A stretch of DNA of 64,000 nt. Origin: Macrostomum lignano. Taxonomy: Eukaryota. The notes under the pieces are model-generated. The model saw only the letters and a program-made list of their open reading frames with translations. It had not been told where the DNA came from and did not search any database. Each line of letters opens with the position of its first letter. Within the stretch, counting starts at the first letter, position 1. This document shows positions 33,897 through 53,254 of this stretch, in pieces. The position numbers and the translations under genes were made by a program. Location of the stretch: contig NIVC01002930.1 in the NCBI GenBank assembly GCA_002269645.1, forward strand, positions 65,594 to 129,593, given 5' to 3'.

Positions 33897-35775
33897 ATGC
33901 TTCGCGCGGTGGTCATCGAGCAGCTGCCGGGCCTGGCCGTGATGGAGATCCGAGCCAAGATGCAGACAGCCGATGTAATCAGCCGGACCGCCATCCAGCA
34001 CCGCCTCATCACCATGTGCTGGGGCTGCCACCAGATTGTCTGCAACTCCTGCTGTTCCTCGCTGTGCATGCAGTGCCCGCTGTTCTCCGGCCGGCACACC
34101 ACCTTCCTGCAGCGGTGAGGCCGGCCTGCCTGACCGACACATGTCCGTTCCAATACGCCCTTCTTCATTCCAATACGCCCTTCTTCATTCCAATCCGCCC
34201 TTCTTCATTCCAATCCGCCCTTCTTCATTCCAATCCGCCCCTTCTTCATTCCAATCCGCCCCTTCTTCATTCCAATCCGCCCTTCTTCATTCCAATCCGC
34301 CCTTCTTCATTCCAATCCGCCCTTCTTCATTCCAATCCGCCCCTTCTTCATTCCAATCCGCCCCTTCTTCATTCCAATCCGCCCTTCTTCATTCCAATCC
34401 GCCCCTTCCTCATTCCAATCCGCCCCTCCTCATTCCAATCCGCCCCTTCCTCATTCCAATCCGCCCCTTCCTCATTCCAATCCGCCCCTTCCTCATTTCA
34501 ATCCGCCCCTACTCATTCCAATCCGCCCCTTCCTCGTTTCAATCCGCCCCTTTCTCAATCCAATCCGCCCCTTTCTCAATCCAATCCGCCCTGCTACATT
34601 CCAATCCGCCCCTGCTAGACTCCAATCCAGCTCTGCTACATTCCAATCCGCCCTTGCTAGACTCCAATCCGGCCCTGCTATATTCCAATCTGCCCCTGCT
34701 AGATTCCAACCAGTCTTTTGTTTTCACCCGCTTATCTTCCCGTGTCGAACCCGCGGCCCCGCAGTTCGTGGGCGCGACAGCTGTCGGAGCGCTCGGACCA
34801 GGCCAAGAAGTCCATGTCGCCAGAGCTGGCACCGAAGTGTCCAGCCTGCGATCGCCTGCTGTGCGTCCTGTGCGATCTGGGCATCTGTCCCGGCTGCCTC
34901 AGACCGCCAAAGGCTCAAGCGCAGCCAGTCGCATCGTGAGTGGCAAAAAATATACCGCTAATTTATTGGGGGGGCGCCTTCTGTGTTATGGGGGGCGTCT
35001 TCTGTGTTATTGGGGGGCGCCTTCTGTGTTATTGGGGGCGCCTTCTGTGTTATTGGGGGGCGCCTTCTGTGTTATTGGGGGGCGCCTTCTGTGTTATTGG
35101 GGGGGCGCCTTCTGTGTTATTGGGGGGCGCCTTCTGTGTTATTGGGGGGCGCCTTCTGTGTTATTGGGGGGCGCCTTCTGTGTTATTGGGGGGCGCCTTC
35201 TGTGTTATTGGGGGGCGCCTTCTGTGTTATGGGGGGCGCCTTCTGTGTTATTGGGGGGGGCGCCTTCTGTGTTATGGGGGGCGCCTTCTCAGACTGGCTC
35301 AGACTGGAGCTTTCGCTACTGTGTGCCGGCGGCAGCCTGATAAAATAATTTGCGTCAATCATTTGACAAAAACGCAATACTCTGCCAGCGAGCCGCCGAA
35401 CGACTGCCCGGACTGCAGCCGACGGCTCTGCTCCGGCTGCGGCCGCTGCGAGTGCCGCCGCTGCCAGCAGGAGCTCTGCCAATCCTGCGTCCGCGTCCGA
35501 CCTCGCCGATGTCCGGTCAAGTGTCCGAGCTCCGCATTGACCCTGCGGGACGAGGCGCTGCCCCAGCTGGCCAATGAGGCCGTCAAAGAGAAGAGGGAGG
35601 AGCCGGCGGCGGGGAAGGCGGGAAGGAAGGGCAAGAAGAAGCAGGCCAAGGACAAAAATACGGATGTGAGTTGGCTAAGTCGGGTTTTAATCCAGGATCA
35701 GTAAGGCTTCAAGACAGACACTAAGACAGACAGACAGACAGACAGGCAGACAGACAGACAGACAGACAGACAGGC

Positions 35776-35811
<36 letters not shown>

Positions 35812-35876
35812 GGACAGACAGGCAGACAGACAGACAGACAGACAGACGGACAGACACTAAGACAGACAAACAGACG

Positions 35877-35932
<56 letters not shown>

Positions 35933-35935
35933 CTA

Positions 35936-35972
<37 letters not shown>

Positions 35973-35999
35973 CTAAGACAGACAGACAGACAGACACTA

Positions 36000-36083
<84 letters not shown>

Positions 36084-36413
36084 GGACAGGCACACACCGG
36101 CCCTCTCCAGGCGGGCCAGCAGGCCCCTCCAAAGAACCTCCGCTGCCCAGCCTGCGACCGCCCCTGCAGCCTGGACCTGCTGGTCCGCGTGTTCTGCTGC
36201 CGCGGCAGGTGGGAGCCGCTGGTCAACTGCACGCACGGCAGGAAAGCCGGCCAAAACGAGGACGAGCAGCTCAACCGCCGGTTGGAGCTGGCGCTCTGCA
36301 GCTCGGCGGGCGAGAGCTGCGACTCCGAGGAATCCAGCGAGCCGAACGGCTTTGCCGAACTCATCCCGCCGCACTGCCGCATCTTCACCGGCCAGTGCAA
36401 GCAGGAATTATGA
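33897..36413 (+). CDS. 4-exon, 354-aa Cys-rich protein of unknown family (exons 33897-34114, 34765-34935, 35293-35665, 36111-36413)
   Basis: GT-AG introns with consistent phases (2,2,0) join into one ORF; repeated CxxC-x4 modules. Confidence 0.75.
34145..34700. repeat. 20-21-bp minisatellite (CCCTTCTTCATTCCAATCCG) filling intron 1 of the Cys-rich gene
   Basis: Direct inspection. Confidence 0.93.
34965..35290. repeat. ~22-bp minisatellite (GGGGGGCGCCTTCTGTGTTATT) filling intron 2
   Basis: The last unit reads GCGCCTTCTCAG and supplies the 3' splice site. Confidence 0.93.
35710..36085. repeat. (GACA)n microsatellite filling intron 3
   Basis: Direct inspection. Confidence 0.95.
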
Positions 36414-36625
36414 GCTCGCAATTCAGCATCAGAGCTCTTAAAAGTGTTGCCAACCAATTGAACCGACAACTTTAAGTTTCCGTTAACATAGGGATTAAGG
36501 CTAGTTTTTGTAAACTAAAAATAGATTAAAAGTAGTTTAAATATTTTATTTTAATAAATTTTTAACAGAAAAATATTTTTTGTCTGTCGGTTTTTTTGTT
36601 GCTCCTCTTTGACCCATCTAATGAC

Positions 36626-36900
36626 CTATCCAGTGACCCATGTTAATGACCGATCCAGTGACCTACCCAGTGACCCACCCAGTGACTCATATCCAATAAC
36701 CCACCCTGTGAACCATTCAATGCCCCACCCATGTGACCCATCCAATGACCCGCCCATGTGACCCATCCAATGCCCCACCCATGTGACCCATCCAATGCCC
36801 CACCCATGTGACCCATCCAATGCCCCACCCATGTGACCCATCCAATGCCCCACCCATGTGACCCATCTAATGACCCGCCCAGTGACCCGTCCAGTGACCC
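36626..36900. repeat. 25-bp tandem repeat (CCATGTGACCCATCCAATGCCCCAC)
   Basis: Direct inspection. Confidence 0.88.
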
Positions 36901-37118
36901 ATCTCACTCTGACAAAGAAGTACATGTAGTAAAGAATTCGGAACTCGAAATTTTCGGAAAATCTCTGACACGCGACGCAGGCAATACACGCAGCTTCTTA
37001 ATTATACTACTTATAGTATGCAAGCTCTGTGAAAGGATGCTTGAACAAGCTGAGGATACACTAATTTAGCATACAGTACTTGTAATGTCGAAAAATGCAA
37101 CAGAGAGCCAACAATCAC

Positions 37119-38084
37119 TCAGTACGGAGTCAGAGCTCCGTTGCCAGACGACCGCACAGCCAGCAGCACAGCTAGCAGCGTTACTATGGCAACCAGGGCG
37201 GCAACCAGCACGGCGGCGGCTATCAGGCGAGCGCGTCTCAACCGGCCAGCCAGCTGGAAGTCGATGATCACCGCCGATTCGAGATTGTCGGCTGCCGATT
37301 CGCACAGTTCGCCGGCGGCCTCCACCGCGGCGCGAACCTCGGCCAGCGCCGGGCCGTCCGCGGCTAGCAGCGCCCTGACCGACAGCATCAGCGTCAGCAG
37401 CTCGGACAGACGCTCGGACAGGCCGCCGGCGGCCTCGTTGAAGTCGGCGTCACGGCACTCGGCAGCGAGAGCACCCCGGCTGAGCAGCAGGCCGGCGAAC
37501 CGCCTCTCCAGCCGGACCAGCCGCCGCTCCGCAGAATCCGCCTGCAGTCGCCGGATTCTCCGCAGCGTCGGGCACGTTGACGAATCGACGCCGTCGACCT
37601 CGGCGGGTTCAACAGCGAATCTGGCCAGCGCCGAGCGGAACGCGGCGATCCGGGACGTCAGCGCCAGCCCGACCGTCAGGCTCAGCTCGGCGCCGCTGCT
37701 CTCCGCGTCAGCTGACCGCAGCGCCGCCTCCAGCGAGTCCAGCTGAGACTGCAGCTCCGCCGCGGCCGTCAGCAGTCGGCGCGCCGCTTCCACCGAGGCG
37801 CCCTCAGGCGGCTCCGGCGTCAGGCTTGTCGCGGACGACGGGACGTCGGCGAGCCGCGGCGGCTGACCGTCACCGCCCGCCGACGAGTCCAGCTGCATCA
37901 GCGGCCGCCATCGTCTCCACTGCCGCTGCCACCAAGGCCGCCCTGGCTGGAACTGGACCCTGGTCACCAGCTCCAGCTCATCGCCCGGACCATCCTCGGC
38001 AATCTGGTCCAGCCGCAGCAGCCGCCGCCTCTCATGCTCCTCGCTGGCCGCTAGCAGCTCCTGGGTTCGATCTCGAACTATCTT
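37119..38084 (-). CDS. Divergent syntaxin (Qa-SNARE-like), single exon; the frame is open from 38084 with no ATG before the N-peptide
   Basis: N-peptide VRDRTQELL (compare syntaxin-1 MKDRTQEL), helical Habc-like region, SNARE motif in register with syntaxin-1, basic patch RLRRAR, and C-terminal TM LIAAAVLVAALVAIVTLLAVLLAV. Confidence 0.75.
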   Translation of the reverse strand, partial: KIVRDRTQELLAASEEHERRRLLRLDQIAEDGPGDELELVTRVQFQPGRPWWQRQWRRWRPLMQLDSSAGGDGQPPRLADVPSSATSLTPEPPEGASVEAARRLLTAAAELQSQLDSLEAALRSADAESSGAELSLTVGLALTSRIAAFRSALARFAVEPAEVDGVDSSTCPTLRRIRRLQADSAERRLVRLERRFAGLLLSRGALAAECRDADFNEAAGGLSERLSELLTLMLSVRALLAADGPALAEVRAAVEAAGELCESAADNLESAVIIDFQLAGRLRRARLIAAAVLVAALVAIVTLLAVLLAVRSSGNGALTPY

Positions 38085-38454
38085 CTAGGCCTTCTTAATA
38101 TCGATTTTTTAACCTGTGTTGCCGCCAACCCGAAACTCAAATCAAAGAGTTTTAGCGCTCCGCGGGGCTCCTCTAGGCGGCTCCAAGCCAGGCTATTAGT
38201 CACCCTGATAACAGTCAGGTAAGATAGCTGAGTAGGTTGAGCACACCTCACTCCGGAGCTGTGCGCTAGACTTTTTTGTTGCTTTTAACAAAAAGCGTGC
38301 AAAAATATGTAAGCGATTTTATAAATTTGGACTTTGAGCGCGGAGTGCCAACTTGGGGAGGGGGATTGCGCACTTTGCTACAGGTAAACAGCTTTCTTTC
38401 CTTTGCACACTTGGATGTACCGCATGTGCAATTTTACAGCTAAGAAATTCCACT

Positions 38455-39985
38455 CCCTTCAGCCCCTCCCCGCTGCTCCCTGCAACCTCTCCCCGCTGCT
38501 CCCTGCAACCTCTCCCTGCTGCTCCCTTCAGCCCCTCCCCGCTGCTCCCTGCAACCTCTCCCCGCTGCTCCCTTCAGCCCCTCCCCGCTGCTCCCTTCAA
38601 CCTCTCCCTGCTGCTCCCTTCAGCCCCTCCCCGCTGCTCCCTGCAACCTCTCCCTGCTGCTCCCTTCAGCCCCTCCCCGCTGCTCCCTGCAACCTCTCCC
38701 TGCTGCTCCCTTCAGCCCCTCCCCGCTGCTCCCTGCAACCTCTCCCTGCTGCTCCCTTCAGCCCCTCCCCGCTGCTCCCTGCAACCTCTCCCTGCTGCTC
38801 CTTCAGCCCCTCCCCGCTGCTCCCTGCAACCTCTCCCTGCTGCTCCCTTCAGCCCCTCCCCGCTGCTCCCTGCAACCTCTCCCTGCTGCTCCCTTCAGCC
38901 CCTCCCCGCTGCTCCCTGCAACCTCTCCCTGTTGCTCCCTTCAGCCCCTCCCCGCTGCTCCCTTCAGCCCCTCCCCGCTGCTCCCTGCAACCTCTCCCCG
39001 CTGCTCCCTGCAACCTCTCCCTGCTGCTCCCTTCAGCCCCTCCCCGCTGCTCCCTGCAACCTCTCCCCGCTGCTCCCTTCAGCCCCTCCCCGCTGCTCCC
39101 TTCAACCTCTCCCTGCTGCTCCCTTCAGCCCCTCCCCGCTGCTCCCTGCAACCTCTCCCCGCTGCTCCCTTCAGCCCCTCCCCGCTGCTCCCTGCAACCT
39201 CTCCCTGCTGCTCCCTTCAGCCCCTCCCCGCTGCTCCCTGCAACCTCTCCCTGCTGCTCCCTTCAGCCCCTCCCCGCTGCTCCCTGCAACCTCTCCCTGC
39301 TGCTCCCTTCAGCCCCTCCCCGCTGCTCCCTGCAACCTCTCCCTGCTGCTCCCTTCAGCCCCTCCCGCTGCTCCCTGCAACCTCTCCCTGCTGCTCCCTT
39401 CAGCCCCTCCCCGCTGCTCCCTGCAACCTCTCCCTGCTGCTCCCTTCAGCCCCTCCCCGCTGCTCCCTGCAACCTCTCCCTGTTGCTCCCTTCAGCCCCT
39501 CCCCGCTGCTCCCTTCAGCCCCTCCCCGCTGCTCCCTGCAACCTCTCCCCGCTGCTCCCTGCAACCTCTCCCTGCTGCTCCCTGCAACCTCTCCCCGCTG
39601 CTCCCTTCAGCCCCTCCCCGCTGCTCCCTTCAACCTCTCCCTGCTGCTCCCTTCAGCCCCTCCCCGCTGCTCCCTGCAACCTCTCCCCGCTGCTCCCTTC
39701 AGCCCCTCCCCGCTGCTCCCTGCAACCTCTCCCCGCTGCTCCCTTCAGCCCCTCCCCGCTGCTCCCTTCAACCTCTCCCTGCTGCTCCCTTCAGCCCTCC
39801 CCGCTGCTCCCTGCAACCTCTCCCCGCTGCTCCCTTCAGCCCCTCCCCGCTGCTCCCTGCAACCTCTCCCCACTGCTCCCTTTAACCTCTCCCTGCTGCT
39901 CCCTGCAACCTCTCCCCGCTGCTCCCTTCAACCTCTCCCTGCTGCCCCCTTTAACCTGTCCCTGCTGCCCCCTTTAACCTCTGCT
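38455..39985. repeat. 1.5-kb array of two alternating 23-bp C-rich variants (CCCTTCAGCCCCTCCCCGCTGCT and CCCTGCAACCTCTCCCTGCTGCT)
   Basis: Direct inspection; source of the 510- and 524-aa pseudo-ORFs. Confidence 0.95.
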
Positions 39986-40749
39986 CCCTTCAAGGGCTAA
40001 ATCTTTCAGCTATGAATTAGGAAAATAAAACTTGAACAAAACGACAAAGATTTATAAAAAATAGCATTATAAGTTCACACCCAAAAAGATAAAAAATTTA
40101 AAAGGATATGAACAGAAACAGTAACCGTTGAAAGAAGACAAATTAAACACAGTAGGTGTATTATAAATGATATATTTAAACAATAAATTGAGTTCACACT
40201 GAACTGTCCCAATGCAACGCGTAGCAGATAAAGAGAGATAGAAATGCAATAATAACCGCTATTAACATTAATCATAACTTGAGTATGCAGTGAGTAAAAA
40301 CTAATTAATTGACACACAGGGTAAGGAACCGTAGAAAACTGTTTAGATAATAAAATCTAGGATAAAGGAGAATGAGAGATTAGAATGGCTTTTATTAAAT
40401 ACTATTGTGTTCAGCGTCGAAGATGAACTACCGACAAAAGATTAATAAGTTATCTAAGACCTATGAAAGGCGTTTTAGGGTCACAACGACAAGTATGCTC
40501 TGAATGATGATCGGTTCGTGTTTTCAGATATTGTTTCTGTTAATTCTAAAAAACCGTCACTCGCGATAAATTTTGCAAAAAAGTAAAGCTTCTACTCTTT
40601 TTTCAGTAGTTTGTATGCGTACTGTCACTTAAATTTAATGTGGCAGTTAAAATTTGGGACCAAACGTCGAGGTGTGCGGCCTCGTGAGCATCCCGTTGGA
40701 AAAATTATACACCTATGCAACGCAATACGTACGAAACTCTGCCTAGGGG

Positions 40750-41110
40750 CAGGCCCGATCTAGCTCAGCCAGTAAGAGAGAGCAGTAAGGAGAGGTCAGT
40801 CAGACAGACAAAACCAGCCTTAGGGGGGGGGGGGGGGGCAGACCCAATCTATCTCAGCTAATGAGAGAGGTTAAAGTCAGGCAGACAAAACCAGCCTTGG
40901 GGGGGGGGCAGACCCAATCTAGCAGCCAATGAGAGAGCAGTAAGGAGAGAGGTTAAAGTCAGGCAGCCAAAACCAGCCCTAGGGGGGAGGGCAGGCCCAA
41001 TCTGGCTCAGCCAATTAGAGAGCAGTAAGGAGAGAGAGGTTACAGTCAGACAGACAAAACCAGCCTTGGGGGAAGCCCCAATCTGGCTCAACCAATGAGA
41101 GCAGCAAGGA
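40750..41110. repeat. Degenerate ~70-75-bp tandem repeat (AGACAAAACCAGCCTT-Gn-CCCAATCT..CAGCCAAT-GAGAG)
   Basis: About 5 copies visible. Confidence 0.75.
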
Positions 41111-41544
41111 GAGAGGTCAGAGTCAGACACAAGCGGGCAAGAGAAAAGCCAAACTGTTTATCAGCCTGTCTGGGGGCTGGGCGCCACCCCTCTTCTCTCT
41201 TGCTCGCTATGCACACATGCACTGGATTTGGGTTCCAATTTTCCTGCAATTTTCAGTCATTCATTTGTTTTTTTAAAAACAGTCTGGAGTCGGAGCCAAA
41301 GGCGGATTGTTGCCGCATTAAAAACTTCCAAAGTCTTGTAAATTCTAATAATATGTTATTTTGCTACTAAGAAGAGTAGATGGGCGCATTTAAGAGAATG
41401 GCGTGTAGTTACATATAAATATATTCTCACTTGGTTTGTCACTTATGATCAGATAAAGAAATTCATACTTTAGCAGACAAAAAAAGCAATAATAAAATGC
41501 TTATATAGCTACTAGCGGTAGCGCAGTTAGAATGCATAAATCAA

Positions 41545-47982
<6,438 letters not shown>

Positions 47983-47994
47983 CTGCAATGCAGC

Positions 47995-48557
47995 AGACAG
48001 GGCTAAGTATGAGTAGCTCAGGGGCAATGTGTCTGCAGAGGGCTGAGTATGAGTAGCTCAGGGGCAATGTGTCTGCAGAGGGCTGAGTATGAGTAGCTCA
48101 GTGCAATGTGTCTGCAGAGGGCTGAGTATGAGTAGCTCAGGGGCAATGTGTCTGCAGAGGGCTGAGTATGAGTAGCTCAGGAGCAATGTGTCTGCAGAGG
48201 GCTGAGTATGAGTAGCTCAGGAGCAATGTGTCTGCAGAGGGCTGAGTATGAGTAGCTCAGGAGCAATGTGTCTGCAGAGGGCTGAGTATGAGTAGCTCAG
48301 TGGCAATGTGTCTGCAGAGGGCTGAGTATGAGTAGCTCAGTGGCAATGTGTCTGCAGAGGGCTGAGTATGAGTAGCTCAGGGGCAATGTGTCTGCAGAGG
48401 GCTGAGTATGAGTAGCTCAGTGCAATGTGTCTGCAGAGGGCTGAGTATGAGTAGCTCAGGGGCAATGTGTCTGCAGAGGGCTGAGTATGAGTAGCTCAGG
48501 AGCAATGTGTCTGCAGAGGGCTGAGTATGAGTAGCTCAGGGGCAATGTGTCTGCAGA
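47995..48557. repeat. 40-bp minisatellite immediately upstream of the first TONSL coding exon
   Basis: GGGCTGAGTATGAGTAGCTCAGGGGCAATGTGTCTGCAGA, about 14 copies. Confidence 0.93.
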
Positions 48558-51500
48558 GCATAGCTTGTAAACTACAGAAGCTAGGTTTGATTCAATATAT
48601 GGGATGTAGAATATCAATTTATGATTTAGAGATAAATATTCTTAACTCCTAAGCACAATTAATACATGCTTAACCTTATATAATTAATGTATAGATATAT
48701 CATATATCATATACTGTACCATATATTTGCTTTATTGTTCAATATAATACTATGATAAATTAAGATCAATAAGATAAAATAATACTATATAGAGCCTTTG
48801 ATATAAACATTATTATTCAAAGTAATAACTGGTATTTCATTGCTAACTTACATAAGAACCATTTTTGGTCACCATTAATGAAAATCTTAACTTCCATTAA
48901 TAGCAAAAGTAAAACAAAAAATCTTAACTTATTAATTCTTAATTTGTTAAGTTGATTAAAAGTTAACTGATAATCATTAGTAAGCAGTAATCTGGTAGTA
49001 TTAACACAAAGTATAAGAATTTTGCACTTTTCCAAAACAGACTTTATAATGCAAATGCCTCTGCTTTTCTATCATTTTAGCCAACACAGAGAGGTCATCC
49101 AAGCAATTTGAGCTAAAAAAGTAAAAACTTGTATATTTAATAAAATATTACTAAAAGTAAATAAAGCAAAAAAATAACTTTTATTTCTTGTCAGACATAT
49201 TTTTGTTCATTCTTTGCAGCTTTGGTCTCATTAGCATTGTCTTTAACATTAATGATGAATTTGTCATTGATTCAAAAAATTATTAATGCAAATTGGGTAA
49301 AAATCTTAATATCAGTCTGATAATGTTAATAAAAAATTAGGAGGTAAATATTTAATAATGGACTGGTGCTTAATACTGATAAGAGCATATAATATAATTG
49401 GCATCTTTGATAGGGATTGTTTATAGAATATTGACAAGTACTAGATATTCTTTATAAGCTATTGCATACTATATTAAATTTAATTCAAATGAAAAATTGA
49501 TCAACAAAATATTTGGTTGTTAAGAATGTTCTTACAGTTCCTAGAACCTTCTTCCAAGAGTTTTTTTTTAAATGGAAGGACTTTAGGAAAAAAGTTAATT
49601 GCTATCTGAATCAATCACCCTGTCATTTTTTAGGCTGAGACATAATGCTATCCATGTAGAATTTCTTAGGTTACAAGGCAAAAAATTTGTTGAGCTAGTT
49701 ATCCAAGGCTTTTTTATTAGCAAAAGTTTTGCTTGTCAAGGCATTGGTTAGGGCCAAGTTGGGGGAGGGGGGGATATGGAGGATGAAGCACCAGTTCCCA
49801 TCTAAGGCCCAGTAACTTTTGGCAAGTCACTTTGGCAGTGTGGGGATGAGCATTATTGTGCACAGATTGGACCAGGCCATGATTTGGTTGCTTCTATGCA
49901 ATAGTAGCAGCCAATCTATCTAGCTATTAGTAGTATAGATTGGCCATAATCAATGTATTGGGTGGTAGCAGCTCATAGAGGATCACATCTTTATTAGTCC
50001 TACTAAACACATAGCATGACCATGCGGGTGGAGTTTGGCCTTAGGCTATGGCTTAAGGGTTGCATCAGCATCCACCTATGACTAGCAACACTTGATGTTC
50101 ATATTATAAACACCATTTTTCATTGCCTATAATAATCAACTTTAGCCAGTTGTGTGCACCAATAGGAAAGAAGAGAAGTGGCCACCTTTGCCTTGTATTC
50201 CTAGTCCCAATTGGACAATTCATGGGATATAGTCCATTGAGTCAACTTGTGTACCTTGCCTAGTTGATTTGTTGATACAAATAAGTGGCAATTTTTTGAT
50301 GTTCTACCTACCCTAACAACTTGCATCAATTCATGTGGTTTGTTAGGGGTCAGCCTCAATGAGTGTGTGCAAATAGTCATCATCCACCTTGGGATGTCTT
50401 GATTAGGGCAAATCTTTGAGGCTAAAATCTCACTGGCAAAACTAAGCAAACCAATCTTGTGTAATGTGTTCAAATACAATATTAGCACCAAATGCATTGT
50501 TAATATGCCAGCCTGCTTTGGTGCTAAATTTGAAGTCATAGAGTAATAGACCACAAATATAAGGTCAAAAAATATCTATATAGTTGATCTGGCTAAGATA
50601 GCAACAATCATAAAAAGTAGTCTCAAGATAGCCTATATTTGCCCTCAATATATATAGCTATATAATTAGCTTCTAGAATTCTCTAGAAAGTTTTAGGATC
50701 AAATTTTGCCATGAGAACATTCTTAATAAACAAATAGCATAGAAAATGAACTAATTTAATGATATTTTCCCAACATTTTTGTTACTATTTCTGTTGTTAC
50801 TATCAATAATTAATTTATTTGTTTTGTTATAATGCTCAGAATATTCTAGAAGTTTCTGGCAATGCTCCTGATGGCTATAAATAAATGGTGCCAACTGCAG
50901 ATAATCTTTACCTTCTTATGCTTCTCCTTACATCTTACTCCATTGTCTTTTAACCAAATATAATAAGAACCACCGCCTAGCTCCTTTTCCTTCCTTAATT
51001 TGCATTAAATCCTTAAAGACAACAAAAAATTACTTTTTATAATAAAACAAAATGCATATAATTATAAAATATTTATTTAACATTGTTAAATAATAAAATT
51101 TTATTAAAAAGAATTATAAACAATATCAACTAAAGCACAATATTTTAGCATTAATTATTAAAATCAAAATTTAAATATTTTAAAAAGGCCAAAAGACCTA
51201 CTATGATTAGGCCTAACTTATCTTAAATGTCTTTGATTTCTTGGCTATGGTTTGAAATTTTTAATAATATATTTTTCCTATGGCTATAGGCCTAGTATAG
51301 GCCTAAATAAAGGTCAAATTGTACAAGATGGTTCTCTAAGGACTAAATATATTAGACTAAATTTGAAATCATTTTAGAATATATGCAAGTTTTCAAACAA
51401 AGTTAGCTTTTTTCTTTGCTATAATATAGGGCCTAAATATTTAACCATTAGGCCTAGGCCTAACTAATATACCAACTATTTCTTATTTCACTGGACTACC

Positions 51501-53254
51501 ATCGCCATTTGCAAAAAACTTCCTAGCTGCAATAGACTCATGCTTTGCCTACTCGGCCTACTTTCTTGAAATGCTAAGAAGTATAAAGACAAAACAAAAT
51601 AGGGCTTAAAAGGTCTAGACTTAGTATAATAATAATATTTGTAAATTTATTTTTGGCCTAAAATATTTGACTTATATGCATCATACATGTTGATTTATAT
51701 GCATCATAAACAATTCTATAGCCTATAAGTATAAAAGCAAGTCTTAATAAACTAAGTAGACCTCAATAAGGACTTGGCTCACAGGCAGAGCAGCCAGAGC
51801 AAAGCAATCAAATAATAAGCCACTATGCCTACATGGCAAATAAATCAGTTTGAATCTGAAATAAATTACTTTGAATCTGATAGGCCTAGCATGTACATTT
51901 CGGCAAAAGAAAGTGACCAGTTCGGCGAAAAGATGGGCTATGAAAAAATCTTCAGCGAAGCTTGGAATAAATTTTTTCGCCGAAATAGTCAGCTTTAGCC
52001 TAGACGAAATGGTCGTTGCGAAAGTTTTTTTCGCCGTTATTGACTTTCGCCGAAAATTCTTTCGCCGAAGTAGGTCGAAACCTTTCAAAATACGAATCTA
52101 GGCTATTTTACGAATTGGAATCTATTGAAATTAACAAGTTGATGATTTTATGTAAGACACTAGATTTAATAATATAATATAAATAAATCGAGACTGAAAC
52201 AGTGAAACTGGAACAGAGGCAAGTTTTTGAAACATGGTAGCAAAGTCAAGTCAAGTATTCGTATACATTAAACAGATAATACTTAAGACTTAATTAATCA
52301 AATAAACAGAATGAATAGGCCTATACTAGTAGAAACTTTAATTGTAGGTAGCTAGAGCCTAGCCGTAGTAGTACTCGTAGTACAAGTAAAAGATCTTTCT
52401 TCTCGCTTGGCAGCGTGGCCGCGGGAGCGGGGCCACTAGCTGCGCTGGCGCTGGGCCCACGCACGAGTTCTCGCTTAAATGGAGGTTTAAGGTTTAAGAT
52501 GGTACGAAAACTGAAGGTTTTAAATAAATAAAAATGGTTACAGTTTTGCCATTGCCGACTTCCAAATCAAAAAGGGTATACCCAGTTTCCTTAAAAAATG
52601 TTTTAAAAATCTTTAAAAATCTGATAGATTATCTGCACATGCTGTCATTTAGCGTCGCATTATTGTGAATAAAATCAGTGGAAAGCCTAGTCCTAAGAAA
52701 ATGCTGTATTGTGATCGTACATCTACCATGCTCACCGCGTGAGGGCAAGAAAATGACAAGAGTCGCATTGACATTCTATTTGGGTCATAAATATATTCAA
52801 CGATTTATTTTCTATTAACTATTAATTTCAGTCAAATTTTGGCAATCGCATTTAGTGCGGCATGTTTGAAATGCTGTTCAGAGCATGCCACAAGAGCGAT
52901 AAGAGAGGTTTCACTTGCTTTTTCGCTGTAACTTCATTTGACTAAATTCTGTGGACTGTCTGGTGAGCTTTTTCAGCATCAAATCATTTACTGTTACATG
53001 TACATTCGCACATGTACGTTTGCATTTGCAGTCCTCCATATCCAGACTTTTTAACATGAAAAAGATAACGAGCAGGCCAGAATTTAAGAGATAATAAACG
53101 GGTATTGTCAATCTATAAGAATTCGTGAAAGTCGCTTAGCAACTGAACTCTTGCTGCTGCATTTCTTTATTTTTATTTTACCGCCCGAAAGATTTTGTCT
53201 GCCTTCTTGCGAGCGTAAAAATCCTCTAGCTTATAAATAATTTGCATTTTCATC

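Noticed and set aside
38353-39977. 510- and 524-aa Pro/Ser-rich ORFs
   Set aside because: C-rich 23-bp array with no A/T-rich stop codons; no splice or codon evidence.
51880-52090. Clustered TTCGGCGAA/TTCGCCGAA inverted motifs
   Set aside because: Probably a transposon subterminal remnant, but no termini or TSD could be defined.
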